Assembly: GCF_018350175.1 (NCBI RefSeq)
Contig: NC_058383.1
Coordinates: forward strand, 31,806,001 to 31,870,000
DNA from: Felis catus
Lineage: Eukaryota
DNA length: 64,000 nt
Direction of reading: 5' to 3'
The notes under the pieces were generated by a model. That model was not told the DNA's origin. It was given only the letters and a program-made list of their open reading frames with translations, and ran no database searches. Positions 54,012 through 64,000 of this stretch are shown here, piece by piece (the first letter of the stretch is position 1; each line of letters starts with the position of its first letter). The translations under genes were made by a program, and so were the position numbers.

Positions 54012-54200
54012 GATAAAGATTGCCAGAAGAAGAAATGTGGGACACCCAGTTAAATTTGAATGGCAGGGAAACAAGAGGTAATTTTTTTAGTGTAACTACA
54101 TCCCAAATACTGCATGGGACATACTTATACTTAAAAAGTATTAGTTTATCTGATTCCAATTTAACTGAGCAGCCTGTATTTCTTTTTAATAAAAGCCTGG
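54012..54200. mobile_element. MER53-like palindromic MITE
   Basis: Inverted arms cagttaaatttgaat / attccaatttaactg around catcccaaatactgcatgggacat. Confidence 0.75.
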
Positions 54201-54319
54201 GGCGGGGGCGGGGAAGGGGGAACAGTTTTAGATCTACAGAAAAATTGTGACAGAGAAATACAGTTCCCAGCTGCCTGATGCCCAGATTCCCTGATTACTA
54301 GCATCTTCCATTAGGATGG

Positions 54320-54826
54320 TTTTTTTTAAGTTGGCTCCGTGCTAATGCACGACTTGAACTCATGGCCCTGAGATCATGACCTGAGCGGAGATCAAGAGCC
54401 CAATGCCTGGGGCACCCGGGTGGCTCCACCAGTTAGGCATCTGACTTGGGCTCAGGTCGTGATCTCGCGGTTTGTGAGTTCGAGTCCCGCGTCCGGCTCT
54501 GTGCTGACAGCTCGGAGCCCAGAGCCTGCATCGGATTCTGTGTCTCCCTCTCTCTCTCTGCCCTCCTCTCACGCCGACTCTCTCAAAAATAAACATGGAA
54601 AAAAAAAAAGAGAGAGAAGCTCAACCGACTAAGCCACCCAGGCGCCCCAGTATGGTACATTCGTTGCCAACAAAAGACCGCTGTAAAAATGTCATTAACT
54701 ATGGGGCGCCTGGGTGGCTCAACTGGTTAAGCTTTCAACTTCGGCTCACGTCAGGATCTGGCAGTTTCTAAGTTTGAGCCCCGAGGCAGGCTCTGTGCTG
54801 ACAGCTCGCTGGGGCCTACGTCGGAT

Positions 54827-54878
<52 letters not shown>

Positions 54879-55050
54879 CCGCTCCCCCACTCACGCTCCT
54901 TATCTCTAAAATAAACATCAAAAAAGGTTAAAAAAAAAAAAAAAACCTAGCTCAGAGCCTTGAGCCTGCTTCAGATTCTGTGCCTCCCTCTCTCTCTCTC
55001 TGCCCCTCTCCAGCTCACGCCGTTTCTCTCTCAAAAATAAACTTAAAAAG
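54320..55050. mobile_element. nested/compound CAN-SINE cluster within an old minus-strand L1
   Basis: a minus SINE split by a plus SINE (54408-54612); the SINE at 54703 has a second 3' half at 54950-55050. Confidence 0.85.
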
Positions 55051-55817
55051 TTATTAACTCAAGTGCACACCCCACTGGGACCTCCTCTCGTCCCGCATTC
55101 TTTCTGTTGCAAGATCCCACCGTACATGGAGCTGTCCGGTCTCCTTAGGCGGCCCCCCGACCCCCATTTCAAAAGTCACACGTGGCTGTGGTATCGGTCA
55201 ACACTGGTCAATCCGGCTCCCCCCCCCCCCCCCCCCCCCGGCTGTGACAATTTCTCAGGCATTCCTTGATTTTGAGGACCTGGACAGTTCTGAGGAGTAC
55301 CGGTCAGGGACTTTGTCGAATGTCCATCAAGTAGGACTGATCTCGTGTTTTTCTCACGGTGGAGGGTAGCCGTGGGGAGCGAGATCGGGGAGGGAAGGTG
55401 CCCTTCTCATCACATCCTACCAAAGGGCATATTCCAGTATCAACGGGACTTCGCACGACTGACGTTCGCCTTGGCCACCCGGTCAGGCTTCTCCTTGTAG
55501 AGCTACCCTCCCAGCCCACCTTCTCCACAGGGACCTCTTTGGAAGGAAGTCACCATGCACAGCCCACACTGAAGGGACGGGAGGGGGCCCGTGTTTCTGT
55601 TTACTAAATTGGGCAACCCTACCAGTGGCAGAAGGTGCCTATCAGGGCTCAACAGCCTCACGAGGTGAGCGGCTACTATACCGGACTGCGCAGTTCTGTT
55701 CTAGGTCAAGTCAAAGCAGGCAGGCTGCCCGACCCCAGGCCATTCCCATACTGTGGGTACCACCGCTCCCCTAACGGTTTCCTCCAAACGGACTCACTTT
55801 TTAAAAGGGAGACCTGA

Positions 55818-56032
55818 GGGGCGCCTGCGGGGCTCAGTCGATGAAGCGTCTGACTTCGGCTCAGGTCAGGATCTCACCGCTCGTGGGTTCGAACCCCGTG
55901 TAGGGCTCTGGGCTGACAGCCTGGAGCCTGCGGGGCATTTTGTGTGTGTCTCTCTCTGTCCCTCCCCCGCTGGCACTCTGTCTCTCTCTGTCTCAAAGAT
56001 AAACCTTTAAAAAATAAATAAGAAAATATAAA
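55818..56032 (+). mobile_element. CAN-SINE
   Basis: TSD ggagacctga. Confidence 0.9.
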
Positions 56033-57772
56033 AGGAGACCTGATGTCACGACCTTACGACAGACAACCTCGCAGCAGCCCAGCACCGAGGATGGTCCGGG
56101 GCGCCCGGGAGGGAGAAGTAGGTGGTCCAGCCCAGGTCCCCCGTGGGAGTTTGCCCCATCCTCCGCTCCTCCTCCTCGGAGAAGCTGGGGGACGAGTGCC
56201 CCCCCCCCCAGTCCTGGTTCAAGGAGTTTCTGAGTTTTTTACTTGCCCTGCCTCTGGACTCCAGGGTCCCCGCCTGAGGAGGCCAAGGGCTCAGCGGTCA
56301 ACCAGCACCACAGCAGCTCTGACCCCCACCAGGGGCTCCGGGCCAGAAGCTAGAGATCTGCGCGGTCGCGACCCCAGGCCGGTTACCAAACTTACCCAGA
56401 GCGCTTTCTAGATGCTTAGGTTTTCCTCAGCCCCGCCCACACAAGTTCTAATTAAACAGGCGGGTAGGGACGAGGCTACACGTCGCCCAGGTGGGGCTGA
56501 TAATCAGCCAGGTGCCACAGTCCTGAGGTCTCCGCGCAGGACGCCCAGGCTGGAGGGGGGGGGTACAGGGGGACGGTCTCTGTACCCGAGGGCGGCACAG
56601 CCGTGCACCGGAAGACCCCAGGGTAGGGGCCTGGGTCTGAGTGACTTTCCAAAACAGGAACCACCTATTGGATGAAAATTCCCGCTTCTGCTTTTTCCTC
56701 CATGGACACAGGTGGGAACAGAACCTTCTGAGAAGCCCCTTTCCTTTTCCTCTTTGCCCAGGGGGAAGGGAAGCCGAGTGGTTTGGTACTTCCACGGGCT
56801 AGTGCCTGTTCCTTGTTTCTGTCTTCTTCATCGTTCTTGCCTCGATCACGTCTCTGGTCCCCGCGATCAGGGGCACAACCAGAATGCAGGCCCTCTGGGT
56901 TGCCATCCCATGCAGTTTGGGGGCTGAGTTGTTTCCTGGGCCCCACGGGTCACCGGGGAGAGGCGCTCGGGATGGATCACACCCAAGGACCGCCCACACC
57001 ACACTCAGAAGGTTTCGATGAGGAGATTCAGAGGTGTAGGGCCCCGGGACCAGGTGAATGCACCTTTGCATTTGGCAAGACGTGCACTTTGCGGGGGCAG
57101 AGGGCAGACCCGGCAGGCAGAAGGCCTCCCCCAGATGTCCGTATCCTAATCCCCGAAACCTGTGAACGCGACCTTTGCAGACTTTGTAGATGTGATTAGG
57201 TTAAGGGCCTTGTGATGGGGGAGGAGAGCCTGGTGAGCCTAACATAATCACAGAAGTTTCTTGAGCTAGAAGGGGGAGAAGGGAGGCAGGGTGGGAAGTC
57301 ACAGATGTAAAACAGGAGAGGATAACGGTGCTTCTTGTCACTGTGTGTGTGTCCCCAGAGCCTCGAACCCAGCGGGTGCCCAGTAAGTGCTTGGCCGTAG
57401 AGCAGTGAGGGGAACATTTTTTGCGCACCTGCTACGAATCCCTGGATTCCAGTTCACAGCCCGGTGGACAAGCTACTTCACTTCTCTGATCCCAAGCCAT
57501 CCATTCTGTACCTATGACAGAAACAGGGCTCAGAGAAGTGAGGCCACTTGCCCAGGGCCACCCAGTTACTAGGCAGTGGGGGCTTCAAAAGCAGAACCAT
57601 CGGAGCCCATCCAACACCATCCCCCATCCCCCATCTGGCTTGGCCATTATGGGCGAAACTCCCAGGGCGGACAGCTGTGGAGCGTCTCACGGCCCCACTT
57701 TATTCCTCTGCTTCCTTCTGTGGCTTTTCATTCCGGTCTCTGGCGGTCATCCCATTTCTGACGGCACAGGGC

Positions 57773-57806
57773 AGCAGTGTCTGTGGCCGGCCAGCAGGGG
57801 GAGCTA
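57773..57806 (+). promoter_or_regulatory. CTCF site
   Basis: AGCAGTGTC-6 nt-CGGCCAGCAGGGGGAGCTA; one mismatch to the core. Confidence 0.65.
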
Positions 57807-60152
57807 GCACCTAAGTGGAAAGAGCAGGAGCGCCCAGAGTGGGTCCCGGGACCTTCTCCGGAAAGAGCGATCCTGTCTCTCACTGAAGGCCCTGGCCACC
57901 TCCCCTACAGCGTGGGACATCACCTGGCCTGACACCTGTCTCTGCCACAGCCTGCTGGCCAGATGCGCTTGGGCAAAGGACCGCATCCCTTTGGGGGTTG
58001 GGGAGGGAGAAGAACGTCCCAGAGGCATTGACACAATAAAATGAAGTAACAGGGTAAATGTTCTAGCCCGGTCCCTGGCATGTAATTCTTGGTTGAATTT
58101 GCATTTTTTATCAAGAGATGTTCACTGATTCTCACAGGACTAAAATTTCAGACTCTGCCCAAACTGCATAAATTGTCGTGGGGGGAGGCGGGGGCTCAAC
58201 CGGCTCTCTCGTCTTTTCCTCCAGCCTTTCTTTCTTAATCAACTTGTCCCTGTTTGCACTTCAGAACGCTCTCAAACATTCTAGCAAGCACCCTCAGGCT
58301 GGTTACAAATCACCCAGGGTGCTTGATTCAAAGGGTGCTTTTAGTGAGGCACGGCCTGTGGGGGCTCCTTTCATTTGAAAAGTGTGGTTCCGTGTGGATT
58401 TCCAAAGCACCGTTCCCTGTGGATTTCCTCAGTCTTCCCCCCTAAAAACCAGCCATTCCCCCAACATTTACCGACAGCCCGTGTGGGTTTTGCAAGGCCC
58501 TGCACGGGGCAGAGATAAGTAAGCCACGATCGCATCACTGGAGGCTTCTCCGATGGGAACAGAGATACTAACAGTTGATTTCAGAACACTGTATGTGCCC
58601 GAGATCCCCAGTGAGAAGGCACACCCACGCCGGTTCCCACGGACGTGCATCGAGGGTCGCATCCCGTCTGAGGGAAGACCCATCCCGACTTCGGAGACTG
58701 ACCTCCAAGCCCAAGGTCAGACAGGAAAGGCCAGAACCGGGCCTGCAACCCGAGTGGGGCTAAGCCACTCTCTCCCTTCCCCTAAGCAGGCAGGGGCTCC
58801 TTGAAGACGCCTTCTTGAACGGGTTCCAAAACGCCTGCTAAATGTAGGTCACTGTGGCTGCAAGTGCATTTTTCCTCCTTACCCTTGCACACGGGCAGCT
58901 GTCGGGTGAGTTTGGACTGTGGCCTGAGGTTTAGCAACAGCAGCCCCAGCCCCTTGGGTGGCCTGACATGTCTCAGGGCCACAGCAGTCATGCCTGAGGG
59001 CCTGGGGATCTGAACGGGACCCCACAGTGCGACGCCCCAGCTCCTCCTCTCCTCCAGCGTCAAATCACGCACGAACAGGCCAGGACACAAAACGCTCGAC
59101 CATTTCACGGGGTCGCTGCTTTCCCTTCCTGCTTCACCTGATGCAGAATTTTGCGGTAAAGCTTCAGCTTTACAAGAATATACAGAAGAAATGACTAGGG
59201 AACTCAGCGATCCAAAACCAGCTAAATGAAGGTTGCTTTTTTTTTTTTTTCTTCTTCTAATGTAAAGCAGTTCCAAGAAAAGTGAAGTCACGGCCTAGGG
59301 TGCTTATTTTCAGTTCTTAGAAAAGAGCCAATTTCAAAAGGGAAGCTGGGCGGCCCGGAGCACACAGCCTGCCCTTGTCTGGCGGGGAAGTGGCGGGGGG
59401 GGGGGGCGGGGGGGTGGGGGGGTGGGGTGGGTGCTTGCTGATAAACCAACTGTGATTTGGCACCAGAAAACTAAAACCCCCAACCGAGCTGCGTTTTCAT
59501 TTAGTGATGTCAAGGCGGAAACGCCAGCCGAAACAGTGAGAGCTATTAATATTCAGGAGAACCACCAGAGCCCGGCTAGCCTGCTGAGGCGGCACACTTC
59601 CAGCACCGTGAGCCCCTGGAAAGCCACCAGCAGCCTCCGGGGACTGTCGGTGTCGGAAAACCACCGGCACCTCCAGGGGCCGCCTCCCACACTCCTGACA
59701 CAGGTCATTGCCCAGGCAACACTATCGGGCTAATGGGCCTTTTTCAATAGGGCATTATTGACCAAAAAGTTAGGGGAGGGCAAACGAGGCAGGCCCGGTC
59801 AGTTTTCGAGCAGAAAGCAGACCTCAGAGAAGGGGAAGCTCGGGAGTGCAGACTTCTATGTCGCGCAGCCTGGTGCAAGGGCTCTCAGGGGAACCCAGGA
59901 CAACTGTGAAATTCGGTTTTAGGCTGAGAATCCTAGACCGGAGATCCCATGGACCAGGTCAGGATTAAGTGTCCATCTAATCAAAGCTGGCCAACAGTGC
60001 CAGCCAAGAGGAGCCCTAAGGAGACGTGACAGCTAAATACAAGGGGGTATCCTGGATGGGATCCTGGAACAGAAAAAGGACATTGGGGCGGGGGTGGGGG
60101 GCAACAAAGGAAGTGTGAATAAAGTACAGACTTTAGTTAATAATGGCAGCTC

Positions 60153-60360
60153 GGGGCCCCCGGGTGGCTCAGCCGGTTGGGCGTCCGACTTCAGCTCAGG
60201 TCATGATCTCACGGTTTGTGAGTTCGAGCCTGGCCTTGCGCTCTGTGCTGACAGCTCGGAGCCTGGAGCCTGCTGCGGATTCTGCGTCTCCCTCTCTCTC
60301 TGCCCTTACCCAGATCACGCTCTTTCCCTCTCTAAAAAATAAATAAACCTTAAAAAAAAA
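60153..60360 (+). mobile_element. CAN-SINE
   Basis: full feliform-type body and A-tail. Confidence 0.9.
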
Positions 60361-61121
60361 ATTGTTTTAAATAAGACCATCTCACTGTTGGTGCATTAAT
60401 TGTAACAAACATACCACGCTAACATAAGATGTTAATAATAAAGGCGGCTGGCTGGGTATATGGAAACTCTTGGTACCGTCTCTACAATTTTTCTATAAAC
60501 CTAAAATTATTCTTAAAAAAACACTTCTCTAAAGGCAGTTGTTGGATGTAAGTTAAGAACTCACAAATTCCTCCCAGAAACGATCATTTTGGTGCCTGCC
60601 ATGTGCCAGGTGCACGAACAAGTGATTTATTTGTGCTTCTTCTTTCATTCCTCTTGTCCGTGCCAGGAGCTGGGTAAGATCTGCATTTTATAGATGAGGA
60701 GACTAAAGCACAGAGACGTCAGATAACGTGCTCACTGTCACACAGCAAGTTTAATGGCACACGAACGACTCACGTTCAGGTCTCTCCGCCGCGAAGTTCG
60801 TGACGGAGCCCGGCAACATTGCCTGAAAAATCCCCAAACTTTGAACAGAACCTGGCCTGACACAAGCTTCAAGCAGTCCACGAGTCCAGATCAGTGATAA
60901 AAACACGTACTTTCCAATTTGCCCTACCTTTAGAAGTTTAAAAAAAAAAAAAAAAATCCATAAAATATCAGGGAAAAAAACCCCAAGTTGAAAACCATAG
61001 GAAATCCCAAACGCGGACAACACCGAATGCTGGTGCGGATATGGGATAACGGGGGCTCGTGGACGTGGACGTGGCCGTGGCCGATGGAAAGGCAAAGTGG
61101 GGCAGTCACTCTGGAAGACAG

Positions 61122-61482
61122 GGTGGTAGACTGAATATGCGTCCCCTCCGTCAAATTCCTGTGCTAGAACCTAACCCCCAGTGTGATGGTATTTGGAGGC
61201 GGGGTCTTTGGGAGGTGAGGAGGTCCAAGAGCGAGCCCTCATGAAGGTATTACGCCCTGATAAAAGAGGCCCCAGAGAGCTCCCTCACCCCTTGTGCCAC
61301 ATGAGGACAGCCATCTAGGAAGAGGAAACAGTACCCTGATTCTGCTGGCACCTTAATCTTGGACTTCCCAGCTTCCAGAACTGGCAACAATAGATTTCCG
61401 TTGTTTTTAAGCCCCTGCCACCGCCGCCCCCCCACTGCCCATCTATGGCATTTTGTTATAGCAGCCACATAGGACTGAGACA
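61122..61482 (+). mobile_element. MLT1A-like MaLR solo LTR
   Basis: cctaacccccagtgtgatggtatttggagg ... ttgttatagcagcc...ctgagaca. Confidence 0.8.
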
Positions 61483-62134
61483 GTCTGGCGGTTTCTCACA
61501 AGGCTAACGCGGGCTCACGTATGACCCCCAGGCATTTACCCCAGCGAACTGAAAACTTGTGTCCACGCAAAACCTGCACATGAATGTTTATAGCAGCTCC
61601 ATTAATAACCAGCAAAAACTGGAACCAGACAAATGTCCTTCAATAAACAAGTAAACAAACCAGGATACATCTATACGAGGGAGTGTTATTCGACGATCAA
61701 AAGAAATGAGCAAGCAAGTTACAAAAACCCACGGAGGAACCTTAGATGCGTTTTGCTAAGTGAACGAAGCCGGTCTGAAAGTACGACATACTGTAGGATT
61801 CCAACTAACTGGGACATTATGGAGAAGGCAAACTATGGAGACGGTAGAAAGATCCGTGGTTGCCAGGGGTTAAGGGAAGAGGAAGGGTCAGAAGGTGGGA
61901 CAGAGGTTTTTCCGGGTGGTGAAACTATTCCGTATGATACCATCATGGTAGACAAGTGATATTATGCCTTTGTAAAACTTGCAGAACTGCCTACCACAAA
62001 GAGAGACCCCTACTGTCAACTACAGACTTTAGTTAGTAATATCATTGTGGGTCATCAAAGAGTCGCATGTGCTACTGACGGAGCCAGCTAGGAACCCCCA
62101 AAACAGTCCATTTTTTAAAAGATACAGAATATAA

Positions 62135-62140
62135 TTTATT
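62135..62140 (-). terminator. candidate RMI2 poly(A) signal (3' UTR about 62120-63190)
   Basis: tttatt on + strand = AATAAA on - strand, about 1.05 kb after the stop codon. Confidence 0.55.
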
Positions 62141-63190
62141 AGTGGTAGATGATCCATAGTCCAACAAAACTCTACAGCAACGTACGGATATCATGTGACT
62201 CCCTTGATATTTACAATCTCAGAAAAATAAGGCATGGTAAGTAGCAGAGAGCAGAAACCCACACTGAATTTGATCGTGAGAAAGTCATTCCATCCAGAAA
62301 ACGTAAGAACTCTAAAATCATCATGCTGTGCACCTTACACTTCTACAATGCTGTATGTCAATTATATCTCAATAAAACTGAGAATGGAGGGGGGGGGCGG
62401 GGGAAGCTTCCACACCAGAAGGTCGCTCCCTTACGGTGTCTCACTAAAAGTTATGATGCAGAAGTTTAGTTAATGCCTAAAAGTCATTCTCAATCTTGAT
62501 TTTAGTTTCAACAAGAAACTTTGCGAGTGTTTCAACATCTCCAAGTGAGGAAGAATGACAGGTGTTACCATCCGTATCTCCAAGGAATGTACCTTACATG
62601 GTTCAGAGACAAGAACCGTCTACTGTCTCTGAGAGGCTGCTGGTGTCCACAGCAGGAAAACGCTGTCTGACTTGCAAACTGGATATGGAAGTTGTCGATG
62701 GGAGAAGAGGCGGGCCAAGAGGTCATTCCCATTTCCGGAAGTCTGTTTCCCTGCCCACAGCCACAATTAAATCACCACCGGCAAGGAGTGACATTCAGAT
62801 TCTGCATCGTAAAAACAGGGTCACAGCAGCAACAGAAAAAGTTATCAGCGCTCGTAAAATGTGGAAAATGTAACATGAGATTTCTGCGGGCTTTAAAGGG
62901 AATTAGCACACGCAAACCAAAAGGGAACAAAAGCAAAAAAAACAAAAACAGAGCACACATCTGCTTTTAATCTGCAAACAGTCGTCAAAGCAAGGAGCAC
63001 GAGGGCCGAGTTAAGTGGAGTGTCCCAGCGTTTAGAAATCCTACCTCCGGAGTCCTTGGTCAACCGAAGCTAAGCTCTTTGAGAAACTTTTAAGAAACAG
63101 ACATAGGACGGTACCCGTGAAATCCACATGGTGTCGGAACTTAAATTGTTTCAGGATTTCTGCTGTTTTTAGCAGTGGTTCCAATGTCAT

Positions 63191-63367
<177 letters not shown>

Positions 63368-64000
63368 TTACACTGATAAAAAAACAAACGCAAAACGCAA
63401 AACGGAGACCCCGTCCTTCAGAGAGCTTAATTTTATCAGAAAAGCAAATTAGAGACAAAAAAGGTGGGGGGGGAGAGTAGAAATCAAAATGCCAAGGCAG
63501 TCAGTGATCCATCGATCTAATATACACATAGACAATAGATGTATATCTATTTACATATATATACATACATAGACAGTAAGTTCAACATTTAACGTGGACG
63601 ATGACACCTGTATCTTCTTTGGCTCCTGGGTTAAAAATGTTGTAACAAAATTCAAGCGAGCTACCATCACGCGCAAAAACAAGTACGCCCAAAGGATGGA
63701 AGAGACTCCCATCCCAGGATGTTCTGAGGCAGGGGCAACCCTCCCCTCCCCCTCCCAGCTTTTCTCTTATGTCTGTTTCTTGCCCAAACGCTACAGGGTA
63801 TGTGGCTGGTCTCCGTGCACAGGGCCAGTCCAGTCCTCTTTCTGCAAAGACACCGCCCCGACAGCCACAAAGTAAATCCAACGGTCCGATGATGCCAGAA
63901 GAGCTCAGCCGGCCGCAGTACCCTTCCGTGCCACCCTGTTGTTCCAACTGCCCAGGACCAATCCCTGCCACCGGCTGGGCACATCCCAGCAAATCAACAA

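Larger units (their letters stand above)
59990..62050 (+). mobile_element. old L1 3' fragments with SINE, MIR-like and MLT1 insertions
   Basis: ggatcctggaacagaaaaaggacatt; catgaatgtttatagcagct. Confidence 0.7.

Noticed and set aside
63582-63992. 136-aa minus-strand ORF as RMI2 exon 1
   Set aside because: No resemblance to the RMI2 N-terminus as I recall it; it lies in the intron.

Overview
Mammalian genomic DNA, most likely from a feliform carnivore (many CAN-SINEs with the feliform-type body, plus a young carnivore L1). No prokaryotic features are present. Left part (572-27285, + strand): by hand splicing I can join 23 GT-AG exons with fully matching intron phases (3312 nt, about 1100 codons). 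They encode the C-terminal part of a very large, probably secreted protein: a long amphipathic beta-strand region, an amphipathic helical region, a lipophorin-type VWD domain and a C8 domain. A probable terminal exon and poly(A) signal lie at about 39.7-39.9 kb. This architecture, and the tail-to-tail position next to RMI2 (last exon 63191-63339, - strand), point to the orthologue of the uncharacterised human locus LOC400499, an apolipophorin/apoLTP/vitellogenin-like large lipid transfer protein. The spliced frame has exactly one lesion, an in-frame TGA at 18816-18818. An intronic segment (1591-1900) has been copied, partly inverted, into a MER58 element at 14494-14783, creating an inverted repeat around a frame-preserving nine-exon block. 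The right part (27.4-62 kb) is mostly L1, LTR and SINE sequence with a few CTCF motifs. There are two assembly gaps. Most entries in the supplied ORF track are spurious. Repeat family names and repeat boundaries were assigned by eye and are approximate.
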